Assembly: GCA_003290465.1 (NCBI GenBank) | Contig: CP030759.1 | Coordinates: 1,205,144-1,269,143 of the forward strand | Source: Candidatus Sumerlaea chitinivorans | Lineage (GTDB): Bacteria; Sumerlaeota; Sumerlaeia; Sumerlaeales; Sumerlaeaceae | Reading direction: 5' to 3' | Length of the DNA: 64,000 nt | In this document: one piece after another, positions 26,040 to 34,499 of the stretch | Position numbering within the stretch: position 1 is the stretch's first letter | How the letters are laid out: every line of letters begins with the position of its first letter | Program-made: the position numbers and the translations under genes | The notes under the pieces: generated by a model | What the model saw: only the letters and a program-made list of their open reading frames with translations | Told to the model about the DNA's origin: nothing | Databases searched by the model: none

Positions 26040-28412
26040 CTATTCTGCAGAGTTTTCCCCCTTGGAGTTCGCAGCGGCAAGGGCTTGGCGAAACTGGATC
26101 TCGTAGAACCGGGCATATCGCCCACCCAATTTCACAAGTTCGTCGTGGGTACCACGTTCTACGATTTTCCCCTGATCAAGCACGAGAATGCTGTCCGCAT
26201 GCAGAATCGTGGAGAGTCGGTGGGCGATGACAAAGACCGTCCGGCCCTTGATGATGCGGCTAAGGGCTTCTTGGATGAGAGCTTCAGTCTCGGAGTCGAG
26301 CTGGCTGGTGGCCTCGTCCAGGATAAGGATTGGGGCGTTCTTCACAAATGCACGGGCAATGGCCAAACGTTGGCGTTCTCCGCCCGAGAGACGGACGCCG
26401 CGCCCACCGACCACTGTGTCGTAGCCGTGGGGCAATCGCATGATAAAATTGTGGGCATTTGCTGCTTTTGCGGCTTCGATGATTCGCTCCCGAGGAATAT
26501 CATCCGGCATACCGTACGCAATGTTACGGGCGATGGTGTCATTGAAGAGAATCACATCCTGAGTTATGATGGCAATCTGGTCGCGCAGAGAACGCAGCCG
26601 AACACTGCGGATATCCACACCATCAAATAGGATCCGTCCCTCGGTGGGGTCGTAAAAGCGCGGCAGTAGATTTACAAGGGTGGTTTTACCCGCCCCCGTT
26701 TCGCCAACAATCGCGGTGACATGGCCGGCGGGGACGGTGAAGTGGACATCCTTCAGCACATGGTGGGACTCCGCAGAATACCGAAACCACACGTGCTCGA
26801 AGGAAATCTCGCGTTGGACAGGTCGCAGTTCGGGAGCACTCGGGTCATCCACAATCTTCGCTTTTGTGTCTAAGACGCGGAATACCCGATCACTCCCAGC
26901 CATGCCACGTTGAATTTTTGCAATGACCCGGCTGCTGCCCTTTAGGGGGCGGAAAACTTGTGTGAGGAACAAAATAAAGAGGACGAAGTCTGAGCCGCTA
27001 AGCTCGCGAGTCTGAAGCACATAGTAGCCACCCGCCAGAATCATGGCAGAGACTGTCACGATGCCCAAGAGAGCGACCAAACCAGTTCCGAGCTCTTCGG
27101 CGATGACTGTTTTTAGAGTGCGACCGAAAACATTCCAGCTTTCACGCTCGTAGCGGTTTGCCTCCTTCGTCTCCATATTGTAAGCCTTCACGACCCGGAT
27201 TCCGCTGAATGTCTCTTCGGCTATTGAGGCAATTTGGGCACGGATCTCTTGGACACGCTTTGAGATTTTACGCACCTTGCGCCCAATTCCATAGAGCAGC
27301 AATCCCAGAATCGGGGCGACGCCAAAACTGAGCAGCGTGAGTGGCGGAGAAATAAAGAGCATTGCGATGATGAGCGTGACAACCGTGAGAGGCGTTTTGA
27401 GAACATTTGAGAAAAGCACTTCAATGGCGCCGCTGATCGCCATGACATCTTGCATGATTGTGGATAGAAGCGTACCGACAGCCCGGCGATTGTAGTACTC
27501 CATGTCCAGCGTCAGCATATGCCTGTAGACATGGTTGCGGAGCCGTAACAAACAGAGGTTTCCCAGATAGGCGCTCAAGTACCCCGCAAAAAAGGCGGCA
27601 GTCACCATGCAGAGCGCAGAGACGACCATGGCCCCCAGAATCAGACCCAGCAAACGGAACTTATTCTCGGAGCTGGTCATGACGTAGTCCTGAAGTCGCT
27701 CAAGATACGGAAGTGTGCGTTTCGTGAACTCGGCTTTGAGGGACGAAATCCATCCCGTGTGGTGCTTTTTCGTGAGCACGGGCACGGGCACATCCTTCAG
27801 CTTAGTGGTGAGGAGTGCAACAGCCGGTGGAGCCCCCTCAGGATAGATTTCGAACCACTCGTGAGGATCGAGCCCATGTAGATTGGTTTCCCCTTGCGGT
27901 AGGATAATGGTGAGCTTGACGCCACGTTGTGCAGAAACCATGCGGCCAAAATAACATTGGGCCCAGCCACTTTCATCAATTCGGTGAACTTGTGATAAAT
28001 CAAGAATGACCCACTTGTGCGGGGGCTTGAGTAACGCTGCTAAAGCGCCGTGGAGTTCCTCCGCCGCACGTGATCCCGCAAGTTCCCCTGCGGCGCGCAA
28101 GGCATACGTTTCCTCCCCAACGGGTTGAGGCGGAGCAAGCTCGAATGATGCTTTTTCAGCGGCCTTGGTGACATCGGTCAGACGGTTCTTGATAAGAAGC
28201 TCAAGTGCGGGACGAGTAAGCGAAAGTGTCGTCACTGTGAACAGGGCCTCAAAGAGCATCGCTAGTACAAGGCCAGCGACGACCCACTTGGTGCCATGCA
28301 AATACGTCACGAGACGCCGGTAAAGGCCTAAATCCGTGTAGCGACGTTTACTCACTCGGCCGACTTCCCACCGACAGCGCTTTCGAGCTTCTGCAAATAA
28401 ATCGCGAGACAA
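26040..28412 (-). CDS. ABC exporter (fused TMD-NBD, MsbA-like) with STAS-like domain inserted after TM1
   Basis: 790 aa; NBD motifs GETGAGKTTL (Walker A), LSGGERQRLAIARAF (signature), ILILDEATSQLD (Walker B), AHRLSTI. Between TM1 (WVVAGLVLAMLFEALFTVTTLSL) and the next TM helix lies ~170 aa including YALRAAGELAGSRAAEELHGALAALLKPPHKWVILDLSQVHRIDESGWAQCYFGRMVSAQRGVKLTIILP, matching the anti-sigma-antagonist (STAS) pattern. Start overlaps the upstream ORF by about 60 bp. Confidence 0.8.
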   Translation of the reverse strand: MSRDLFAEARKRCRWEVGRVSKRRYTDLGLYRRLVTYLHGTKWVVAGLVLAMLFEALFTVTTLSLTRPALELLIKNRLTDVTKAAEKASFELAPPQPVGEETYALRAAGELAGSRAAEELHGALAALLKPPHKWVILDLSQVHRIDESGWAQCYFGRMVSAQRGVKLTIILPQGETNLHGLDPHEWFEIYPEGAPPAVALLTTKLKDVPVPVLTKKHHTGWISSLKAEFTKRTLPYLERLQDYVMTSSENKFRLLGLILGAMVVSALCMVTAAFFAGYLSAYLGNLCLLRLRNHVYRHMLTLDMEYYNRRAVGTLLSTIMQDVMAISGAIEVLFSNVLKTPLTVVTLIIAMLFISPPLTLLSFGVAPILGLLLYGIGRKVRKISKRVQEIRAQIASIAEETFSGIRVVKAYNMETKEANRYERESWNVFGRTLKTVIAEELGTGLVALLGIVTVSAMILAGGYYVLQTRELSGSDFVLFILFLTQVFRPLKGSSRVIAKIQRGMAGSDRVFRVLDTKAKIVDDPSAPELRPVQREISFEHVWFRYSAESHHVLKDVHFTVPAGHVTAIVGETGAGKTTLVNLLPRFYDPTEGRILFDGVDIRSVRLRSLRDQIAIITQDVILFNDTIARNIAYGMPDDIPRERIIEAAKAANAHNFIMRLPHGYDTVVGGRGVRLSGGERQRLAIARAFVKNAPILILDEATSQLDSETEALIQEALSRIIKGRTVFVIAHRLSTILHADSILVLDQGKIVERGTHDELVKLGGRYARFYEIQFRQALAAANSKGENSAE

Positions 28413-29053
28413 GCGATTAGATAAACAATCGTGAAGCCCCCGCTAAACATTTCACGCGCCCAAACACCCCATGGGATCTTGAAAATTGTTTGCGGGCGGT
28501 GCGGATGGACGACACGCAACATCTCCGTGTCCACCATTTCCTCCAAGTCGCTGATGAACTGGAATCCTCGTTTCTCGAGTTGTGGCCGTAGCGTGATATT
28601 GTGAAATGAAGCAAAATCAAACACCATACGGATCGAAATCCGACGTGGCAAGAGCATATCATCCAAAAAATCTTCGCGGACCCAACTCTCCAGCCGGGTC
28701 TTAGGATCCAAAGGCATCGGTGCGTTCGCAACCTCGGAAAGATCGTAGACAAGATGCGGACCGCTTGAAGCAAAAAGCTTGCGAGCTTCGTGCTCCAAAA
28801 CCTCCATCACCGAGGCCGCCATCTCGTCCGGCAGGTTCCACGGAATAAAAGCCAAGACCACTTGGGGATCGACCTGCGCCAAGAGTAATTGCGATTGCTC
28901 AAACGCCTCGAAAGCAAAATCATAGTAGAGAGGGCGCAAGGCCGCCCACCGTTCAATGCCCTCCGTGACCTCGGCAAGCTCCAGATTCTTCTGCGCCACC
29001 AAGTCAGCGCAGCGGTTCAAATCGTAAAGTAATATCGGGTTCGAGTTTTCCAT
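28352..29053 (-). CDS. Hypothetical protein, first gene of the envelope operon
   Basis: ORF 28352..29092; likely start MENSNPILLYD. No recognisable motif. Co-directional with and overlapping the ABC exporter gene. Confidence 0.45.
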   Translation of the reverse strand: MENSNPILLYDLNRCADLVAQKNLELAEVTEGIERWAALRPLYYDFAFEAFEQSQLLLAQVDPQVVLAFIPWNLPDEMAASVMEVLEHEARKLFASSGPHLVYDLSEVANAPMPLDPKTRLESWVREDFLDDMLLPRRISIRMVFDFASFHNITLRPQLEKRGFQFISDLEEMVDTEMLRVVHPHRPQTIFKIPWGVWAREMFSGGFTIVYLIACLAIYLQKLESAVGGKSAE

Positions 29054-29389
29054 CCTGAGCCTTGGTCTTAGCCACTCCGGTTCACAAATCAATGCGAATG
29101 CACTAACGCGCGAATAACAAAAGCATTCGCAATGGGGCAGATTGAACCGCGCGATGACAATGAAAACAGGTGTTTTGCAATTCAGCTACCTGAACTGGAG
29201 ATCAGTTTCGGCAATGCATAGAAAGGCCGATGGATTGGATCGTTACAAACGTACATTCGTTTATCTTGATCGTCGAATCACAGGAACAATGAAGTCGTAA
29301 GTAATGTCAGAATAACCGAGAAGCGCTGGCCGCGCGCTCTCAAGTGAGGGGTGTGATCGCAGTCGAAGTCCACTGTGGAGGTGTGTACG

Positions 29390-29779
29390 ATGACTGCTAC
29401 AAACATTTCCCACAAAGTCCTTGTTCTCCTGCCTGAAAGAGACAAGCCCGCATTCGCTGTTTCCACTGGAACTCCACACCCGATTGAATGGGTCGAGGCC
29501 ACGTCACTCGAGGAGGCCGCGCGTATGCTGCGCGAGCTCGAGTTCGATTTTACGGTGATTGATGCGGACAACCCCTCGATTGATTACCGGAAGTGCATTC
29601 ATTTCGTAAAATCCACTCAACCCAAAGCCCGGGTGGTTGTGGCTGCAGAGATTGGGGATGACGAAATGTGGCTGGATGCGCTCGATGCGGGGGCTTGCGA
29701 TCTCGTGGAGAAACCCATTGATGGGACGTATCTTGAGCGTCTGTGCCACCGCGCAGCAAGCCGCGCCGCCGCCGCGTAG
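29390..29779 (+). CDS. Stand-alone receiver (REC)-like domain protein, degenerate
   Basis: ORF 29375..29779; ATG at 29390 preceded by GGAGG. Fold pattern of a CheY-like receiver (KVLVLL...FDFTVIDADNP...ARVVVAAEIGDD...DAGACDLVEKP) with candidate phospho-Asp and conserved Lys, but lacking the N-terminal acidic DD pair and the conserved Thr/Ser. Confidence 0.5.
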   Translation: MTATNISHKVLVLLPERDKPAFAVSTGTPHPIEWVEATSLEEAARMLRELEFDFTVIDADNPSIDYRKCIHFVKSTQPKARVVVAAEIGDDEMWLDALDAGACDLVEKPIDGTYLERLCHRAASRAAAA

Positions 29780-29898
29780 AATTGTTTGCCATAATTTTCT
29801 AAAATTTGTGAAGTGCACCTTGACAACCACCTTCTTGTTTTCGCGAAGTTCTCTTTGTTAGAATGGGAAAATAGCGAATTTTGGTCATAGGAGAGCGC

Positions 29899-30936
29899 AT
29901 GTTACTACCATCGCACTCGAAGAGGAACAAGAAGCGGGTTATTCTTTTTTTAGATACAGGTGATAATTGCCGATGTCCACTCGCAAAAGGCTACCTCACA
30001 AAACTTCTCGAAGAGCGTGGTATACGCCACATTGAGGTTAAAACGGCTGGTGTCATGACGCCAACGGGGCTCCTCCCCCAACCAGAAGTCGTCCAGTTAC
30101 TTAAAGAGGAAGGGGTCGACATCTCGCACCATCGCTCTCACCCCGTCACCGTCCAAATGATCGAAGATGCCGATCTCATCCTTGGGATGTCGTCTTTTCA
30201 CGTCCAGACGGCGATTCGCCGGTCGCCGGCCGCTCGGGGCAAAGCATTTCTTCTCAAAGAATATGTGGGTTATAGCGGCAAGGCCATCCAAATTGGCGAC
30301 CCAATGGGGGGGACGATGGAAATCTTCAAGAAATGCTTCGAGCAAATCAAGGATGCCCTCGAAAAGCTCGTCGAAATGGATATTATCCGCAAGCCGCCCG
30401 AAGACTGGACCGAACCCCCAGCACGAGCTCCGCGCGAAGGTGAACCCTTAGAGGCAGAGGCTGTAGGGGCAGGCGGAGATGGGCACGTAGGTTCGACCAC
30501 AACCGCAAAAAAAGAAACGGCTGCTGCAGGAGCGATCGAAGCTGGTACAAAACCCCGGCGCCGAGGGCGCCCACCCAAAAGCGCGCAGAAATCCGTAGAG
30601 GTGGCCCAATCCGCAGAACTCAAACGCAAGCGGGGACGTCCGCCGAAAAGCGCCAAAGCCGGTGAAGCTCAGGCGCCAGCAAAAGCTCCAAAAATAGGAA
30701 AGGCTACCGCCGCCGAGACAGGGCGCCGGAGAGCGAGTGCCCCCAAAGCCAAGAAAGCGGCAGCAGGACGGAGCAGACGCGTAGCGGTCAAAGGTTCTGC
30801 GAAAGCGGAATCAGCCCCAAAAGTGAGAGAAAAAAGCACTTCTAAGAAGCAGAAGACCGGGGAGAAAACCTCAACCAGAACTCCTCAACGTACAAAGAAA
30901 GCATCTGCAAAAACAGCTACAAAAAAATCCAAGTAA
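29899..30936 (+). CDS. LMW-PTP-fold protein with Cys-to-Asp P-loop substitution and C-terminal AT-hook tail
   Basis: ORF 29881..30936 (TTG); ATG at 29899 preceded by AGGAG. N-terminus VILFLDTGDNCRCPLAKG aligns residue-for-residue with the LMW-PTP P-loop (I-x-F-V-C-T-G-N-x-C-R-S-P), with Asp at the nucleophile position; DPMGG general-acid loop retained. C-terminal ~180 aa Lys/Ala/Pro-rich with two AT-hook cores (KPRRRGRPPKS, KRKRGRPPKS). Confidence 0.65.
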   Translation: MLLPSHSKRNKKRVILFLDTGDNCRCPLAKGYLTKLLEERGIRHIEVKTAGVMTPTGLLPQPEVVQLLKEEGVDISHHRSHPVTVQMIEDADLILGMSSFHVQTAIRRSPAARGKAFLLKEYVGYSGKAIQIGDPMGGTMEIFKKCFEQIKDALEKLVEMDIIRKPPEDWTEPPARAPREGEPLEAEAVGAGGDGHVGSTTTAKKETAAAGAIEAGTKPRRRGRPPKSAQKSVEVAQSAELKRKRGRPPKSAKAGEAQAPAKAPKIGKATAAETGRRRASAPKAKKAAAGRSRRVAVKGSAKAESAPKVREKSTSKKQKTGEKTSTRTPQRTKKASAKTATKKSK

Positions 30937-30948
30937 GGAGCACTGTGC

Positions 30949-32934
30949 ATGAACAGTAGCTATCGTTCAATGTCAGTTAACGTGATTCTTTTACTACTCG
31001 CGGGAGTGCTAATTGGAAACGTATCAGTTGGCGCTCCCGAGAAAACGCGCAAGTCTCGTGTCACGCTAAAAGATGAGCAGCCAGAATTATCAACGACCCA
31101 TGTCAATGGGCCTTCTGTCGCATCTGGCAAGAATGACAAGATAAGCGCGCAGTCAGATGGTCCGACTTCAAGGGTTGCCACCTCCAAGGATGGAAAGACG
31201 GACAAAGTCACAACCTCCATTGATGTCGGGACGCCTGGGAATTTCCTGCTTGCTCGCGTCAAGGACAAGTACCTGCGGGATCCCGATGTCATGAACTATA
31301 AGCAACTGATGGACATCACCGAAGGTGGGGTGTGGACGGATGTCCGTGATCGTGAAACACTTGAGGACATGGTCCTTCAGGAAGTACTCTTTGATATCGT
31401 CCCCACTCTTCGTAAGGAGGAACATGGGAGCCTCCATGGTACGTATCCTTCCACCATGGAAGAGCGCATGTACCTTCGGGTCAGGATGCGCGAAGAGATA
31501 GAAAAAGAAACCACCCCGACTCGCGAGCAGCTCGAAGAATGGACTGCACGCAACATTTCCCGCTTCACCCGACCTGAGCGCGTGCACGCTTATCACCTCT
31601 TCATGCAGGTCTCGAAGGATAATCCGACCAGCAGCCTTGAAGCAGTGCGGCAGCGGATGGAAAAGGTAAAACAAGAGGCGGACGCCGGGACATCTTTTGC
31701 GCAGCTTGCTCGCAAGTACTCGGAAGCTGCCAGCGCCAAGGTGGGAGGCGAGATTGGATGGGTGACCCGCCGAATGCCAATCGGCGCGGAAAATAAGCCG
31801 ATGAACATTGTCCTCGAGAACGCCCTGTTTGCTCTTAAAACCGGTCAGGTCTCGGACATTCTTCAGACCTCCCATGGGCTCCACCTTATGTATGTTGCGG
31901 ACCGGCTCACGACCTACGTTCCTACAGTGGATGACCTCATTACAAGCCGTATCTTGCCGAGAAGTGCACAGGTGGAACTTGTTGCGCAGAAATGGCGGGA
32001 TTTGACGTCCGCAACCCGTCAGCGCTATCACGCGAAGATCCTCTTCGATCTAAATAAAGGCACCAAGCTGACGACCGACGTTCCTGCGGTGGAGTTCAAC
32101 GGCCAGAAGTGGACGGTGGGGGAACTTGAGCAATTGTATGGTCAGCGCTTCGTTTCCGCCTACCGCCTGCGTCAAGACACGACAGAGACTTTGGTAGGGC
32201 TCCTGAATGAAGTCCTGGACGAAATGGCGCAGGTACAGCTCGCACTCGACAGGAAGCTGGACAAAGATACCACCGTCGCCCGCAATTTGAAACTTCTTCA
32301 TGATCGAGTACTTTTCAAGAAAGCCTTCCAGCAGTACGTTGCGCAAACTTCACCGATTACTGAGAAGAAAATCAGAGATAAGTACGAGGCGGAAAAGGAC
32401 CGGAATCGGCTACCAGAGGCCACGGGTTACATCATTTCGATCAAAGTGCAACCAACGACGGTAGGCTTGGACCGCGAAGAAGCGCGAAAAATCGCGCGCG
32501 AGAAAGCTGAAGAGATCCGCAAACAGATCCTCGCGGGAGCTGATATCGAAAAGCTTGCTCGGGAGCACTCCCAAGACGATCGCGCCTCCTCGGGCGGACT
32601 GGTCCCGCGAAGCCGTCTTGCATCGCTGCATGACCTCTCGGGCCGACGTTTTGCCGCAGTGGCAAGTACACTCAAACCCGGTGAGGTGAGCGATGTGCGT
32701 GACTTTGGCGACGTCTTCGTAGTGGTGAAGCTTGTCGAACGCTGGCCCGGTGAGCCTCCTGCTATTGAAGAGGTGCGCGAGCGCTTGAAGGCAGCTCTCA
32801 CGAATGAGGCAAACCGTACTGCACGTGACCGGCTGATTAACGCGGCTGCACAAAAAGGCCTGTTGCGGTGGGCGAATCCGGCTGCAAGTTATGGAATCAC
32901 GCCCAAACCCAATCTGGCAGATGACCCGCAATGA
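30949..32934 (+). CDS. Periplasmic chaperone / peptidyl-prolyl isomerase, SurA/PpiD/PrsA-like (parvulin domains)
   Basis: 661 aa; signal peptide MSVNVILLLLAGVLIGNVSVGA; parvulin-like segments (FAQLARKYSEAASAKVGGEIGWVTR; LAREHSQDDRASSGGLVPRSRL...); ATG preceded by AAGGAG; 13 bp after the upstream gene. Confidence 0.7.
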   Translation: MNSSYRSMSVNVILLLLAGVLIGNVSVGAPEKTRKSRVTLKDEQPELSTTHVNGPSVASGKNDKISAQSDGPTSRVATSKDGKTDKVTTSIDVGTPGNFLLARVKDKYLRDPDVMNYKQLMDITEGGVWTDVRDRETLEDMVLQEVLFDIVPTLRKEEHGSLHGTYPSTMEERMYLRVRMREEIEKETTPTREQLEEWTARNISRFTRPERVHAYHLFMQVSKDNPTSSLEAVRQRMEKVKQEADAGTSFAQLARKYSEAASAKVGGEIGWVTRRMPIGAENKPMNIVLENALFALKTGQVSDILQTSHGLHLMYVADRLTTYVPTVDDLITSRILPRSAQVELVAQKWRDLTSATRQRYHAKILFDLNKGTKLTTDVPAVEFNGQKWTVGELEQLYGQRFVSAYRLRQDTTETLVGLLNEVLDEMAQVQLALDRKLDKDTTVARNLKLLHDRVLFKKAFQQYVAQTSPITEKKIRDKYEAEKDRNRLPEATGYIISIKVQPTTVGLDREEARKIAREKAEEIRKQILAGADIEKLAREHSQDDRASSGGLVPRSRLASLHDLSGRRFAAVASTLKPGEVSDVRDFGDVFVVVKLVERWPGEPPAIEEVRERLKAALTNEANRTARDRLINAAAQKGLLRWANPAASYGITPKPNLADDPQ

Positions 32935-32964
32935 GCTTACATCGTAAGCGATTGGATTGATTGG

Positions 32965-33005
32965 GCTGGCAGATGCCACTCCAAGGCATCTGCCAGCTTT
33001 TTTTT
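32965..33005 (+). terminator. Rho-independent terminator of the REC-like / PTP-like / SurA-like operon
   Basis: gctggcagatgcc-actccaa-ggcatctgccagc (13-bp perfect stem) followed by tttttttt. Confidence 0.85.
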
Positions 33006-33094
33006 GCGTTAGTGAAAAGCTGGGCAGGTGAGGGATAGATTGCTTTGCAGCACTTTTAAAACAATCAAACCGTGCCCGACAGGATAGTTTGACG

Positions 33095-33340
33095 TCATTC
33101 GGCTGGGGGTTCGGCGACCATTATTTGCCACTCGACTTCGCTGAACAATGCCGCAACGTCAGCCTCGATGTCTTCGGGGTCAGCCCACGGCTTGATGGCG
33201 AACTCAATCCATGCTCGGTCGTGCTCATCACACATGAAGTGAATTCCCGCCAACTCGCGGTGTTGGTGGAGAAACTGTTGGATGAGATCGCGATGACGGG
33301 CCCGCCACTCGAGCAGCTCACTCAGTGTCATGACCGACAC
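33095..33340 (-). CDS. Hypothetical small acidic protein
   Basis: 81 aa ORF (MSVMTLSELLEWRARHRDLIQQFLHQHRELAGIHFMCDEHDRAWIEF...); protein-like composition; no motif recognised. Confidence 0.4.
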   Translation of the reverse strand: MSVMTLSELLEWRARHRDLIQQFLHQHRELAGIHFMCDEHDRAWIEFAIKPWADPEDIEADVAALFSEVEWQIMVAEPPAE

Positions 33341-33352
33341 TCACCATAAAAA

Positions 33353-33442
33353 TGGCGGTGGGAGTAGGATTCGAACCTACGAGGGGCTTGCACCCCTGGC
33401 GGTTTTCAAGACCGCTGCCTTAAACCACTCGGCCATCCCACC
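33353..33442 (-). tRNA. tRNA-Ser (anticodon TGA)
   Basis: Reverse strand reads GGTGGGA-TG-GCCGAGTGGTTTAAGGC-A-GCGGT-CTTGAAA-ACCGC-(long variable arm CAGGGGTGCAAGCCCCTC)-GTAGG-TTCGAAT-CCTAC-TCCCACC-G-CCA. 7-bp acceptor stem, type-II variable arm, anticodon UGA, encoded CCA. Coordinates checked against the overlapping ORF's codon frame. Confidence 0.9.
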
Positions 33443-33479
33443 GCGCACGAACATTTTACATTCATCCGCGGCGCGTACT

Positions 33480-34316
33480 TCACCTGTTTGTCGCTTCAGT
33501 CTCGCCGGAAAGCTCACGACTACGACGTGTAGCTGCCTCAACGCATTTCTCGACAAGTGTCGAGAAGCCTCCCTCAGAAAGTACTCGCAGCCCGGCTTCC
33601 GTCGTACCCCCTTTTGTTGTCACGGCCTGCCGCAATTCGGAAAGAGGCTTCCCACTTTCTAAAGCCATTTTCGACGCCCCGTATAGCGTTTGGAGAACGA
33701 GTTTGGTTGCTGCATCCTCGGGTAAACCCAGCTTCTGCGCGGCTTGGATGAGGCACTCGGCAAAATAAAAAACATAGGCAGGTCCACTGCCGCTCAGCCC
33801 CGTTACGACGTCCAACAAATCCTCCTCAAGCACCACGGTAATGCCTATGGCGTCAAACAGCCTTCGAACGGTTTCGATATCGTCCGCGGTGGCATAACGA
33901 CCTGCCGAAATCGCAGTAGCACCACAGCCAATGAGTGCGGGTGTATTCGGCATGACACGGATCACACGGGGGGTTCCGCGCAAACGCTTCTCAATGAATG
34001 AGGAACGAATGCCGGCGCAAATCGAAACAAAGAGTTGGTCTGTACGCGTGAGTTCAGCTATTTCGGCACAAACATCGGCCACGTGAAAGGGCTTCACAGC
34101 GAAGATCACAATGTCGGCAAACTGCGTAACTTCTCGATTCGTGTTCACGGATCTGCAGTTAGTCGCCCGAGTAAATCCTTCCCGCTGCTGCAGGACGACA
34201 TCCGAGGCAACAATATCTTCCGCACGAACAAGACCTGCACGCACCACTCCCCCAGCAATGGCTCGCGCCATATTCCCAGCGCCCAAGAATCCAATTCGCT
34301 TCTTCACTTCATCCAT
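33480..34316 (-). CDS. proC: Pyrroline-5-carboxylate reductase
   Basis: 278 aa; N-terminal Rossmann IGFLGAGNMARAIAGG; C-terminal P5CR pattern GSGPAYVFYFAECLIQAAQKLGL...ATTKGGTTEAGL. Confidence 0.9.
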   Translation of the reverse strand: MDEVKKRIGFLGAGNMARAIAGGVVRAGLVRAEDIVASDVVLQQREGFTRATNCRSVNTNREVTQFADIVIFAVKPFHVADVCAEIAELTRTDQLFVSICAGIRSSFIEKRLRGTPRVIRVMPNTPALIGCGATAISAGRYATADDIETVRRLFDAIGITVVLEEDLLDVVTGLSGSGPAYVFYFAECLIQAAQKLGLPEDAATKLVLQTLYGASKMALESGKPLSELRQAVTTKGGTTEAGLRVLSEGGFSTLVEKCVEAATRRSRELSGETEATNR

Positions 34317-34499
34317 TTGACCTTACCTGATCTGTGTCTGATCGTACTCGCTCTACCGGTGCATAGACGAATATTGAAGGCAAGCTTTTGACACAAGTAT
34401 TCGTTGCATGTTCGGGCGGTTGCGTCGTGCTATAGAAAGCACGAAGCAGTCTCTTGCATTAGCGAAGGCAAGGCTGGGTTCGTATCGGTTGGCGAAATC

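Noticed and set aside
25514-26630. Two ~240-aa plus-strand ORFs (25514..26230, 25920..26630) spanning the GT9 / ABC exporter junction
   Set aside because: Antisense to genes with clear family motifs; no RBS or family signal; composition not protein-like.
29092-29375. 8-bp inverted repeat GCGAATGC...GCATTCGC with ~21-nt loop in the intergenic region upstream of the REC-like gene
   Set aside because: Loop too long and no flanking U-tract for a terminator; could be a regulatory hairpin, but evidence is too thin to call.
31168-32031. 287-aa minus-strand ORF inside the SurA-like gene
   Set aside because: Antisense to a gene with signal peptide, RBS and parvulin motifs; no recognisable domain.
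33353-33442. tRNA-Ser as a possible integration hotspot or genomic-island boundary
   Set aside because: No integrase, excisionase, phage or transposase genes and no direct repeat of the tRNA 3' end detected nearby; flanking genes are housekeeping (proC, yggS).
33330-33662. 110-aa plus-strand ORF
   Set aside because: It overlaps the tRNA-Ser gene and the 3' end of proC on the opposite strand; tRNA structure is unambiguous.
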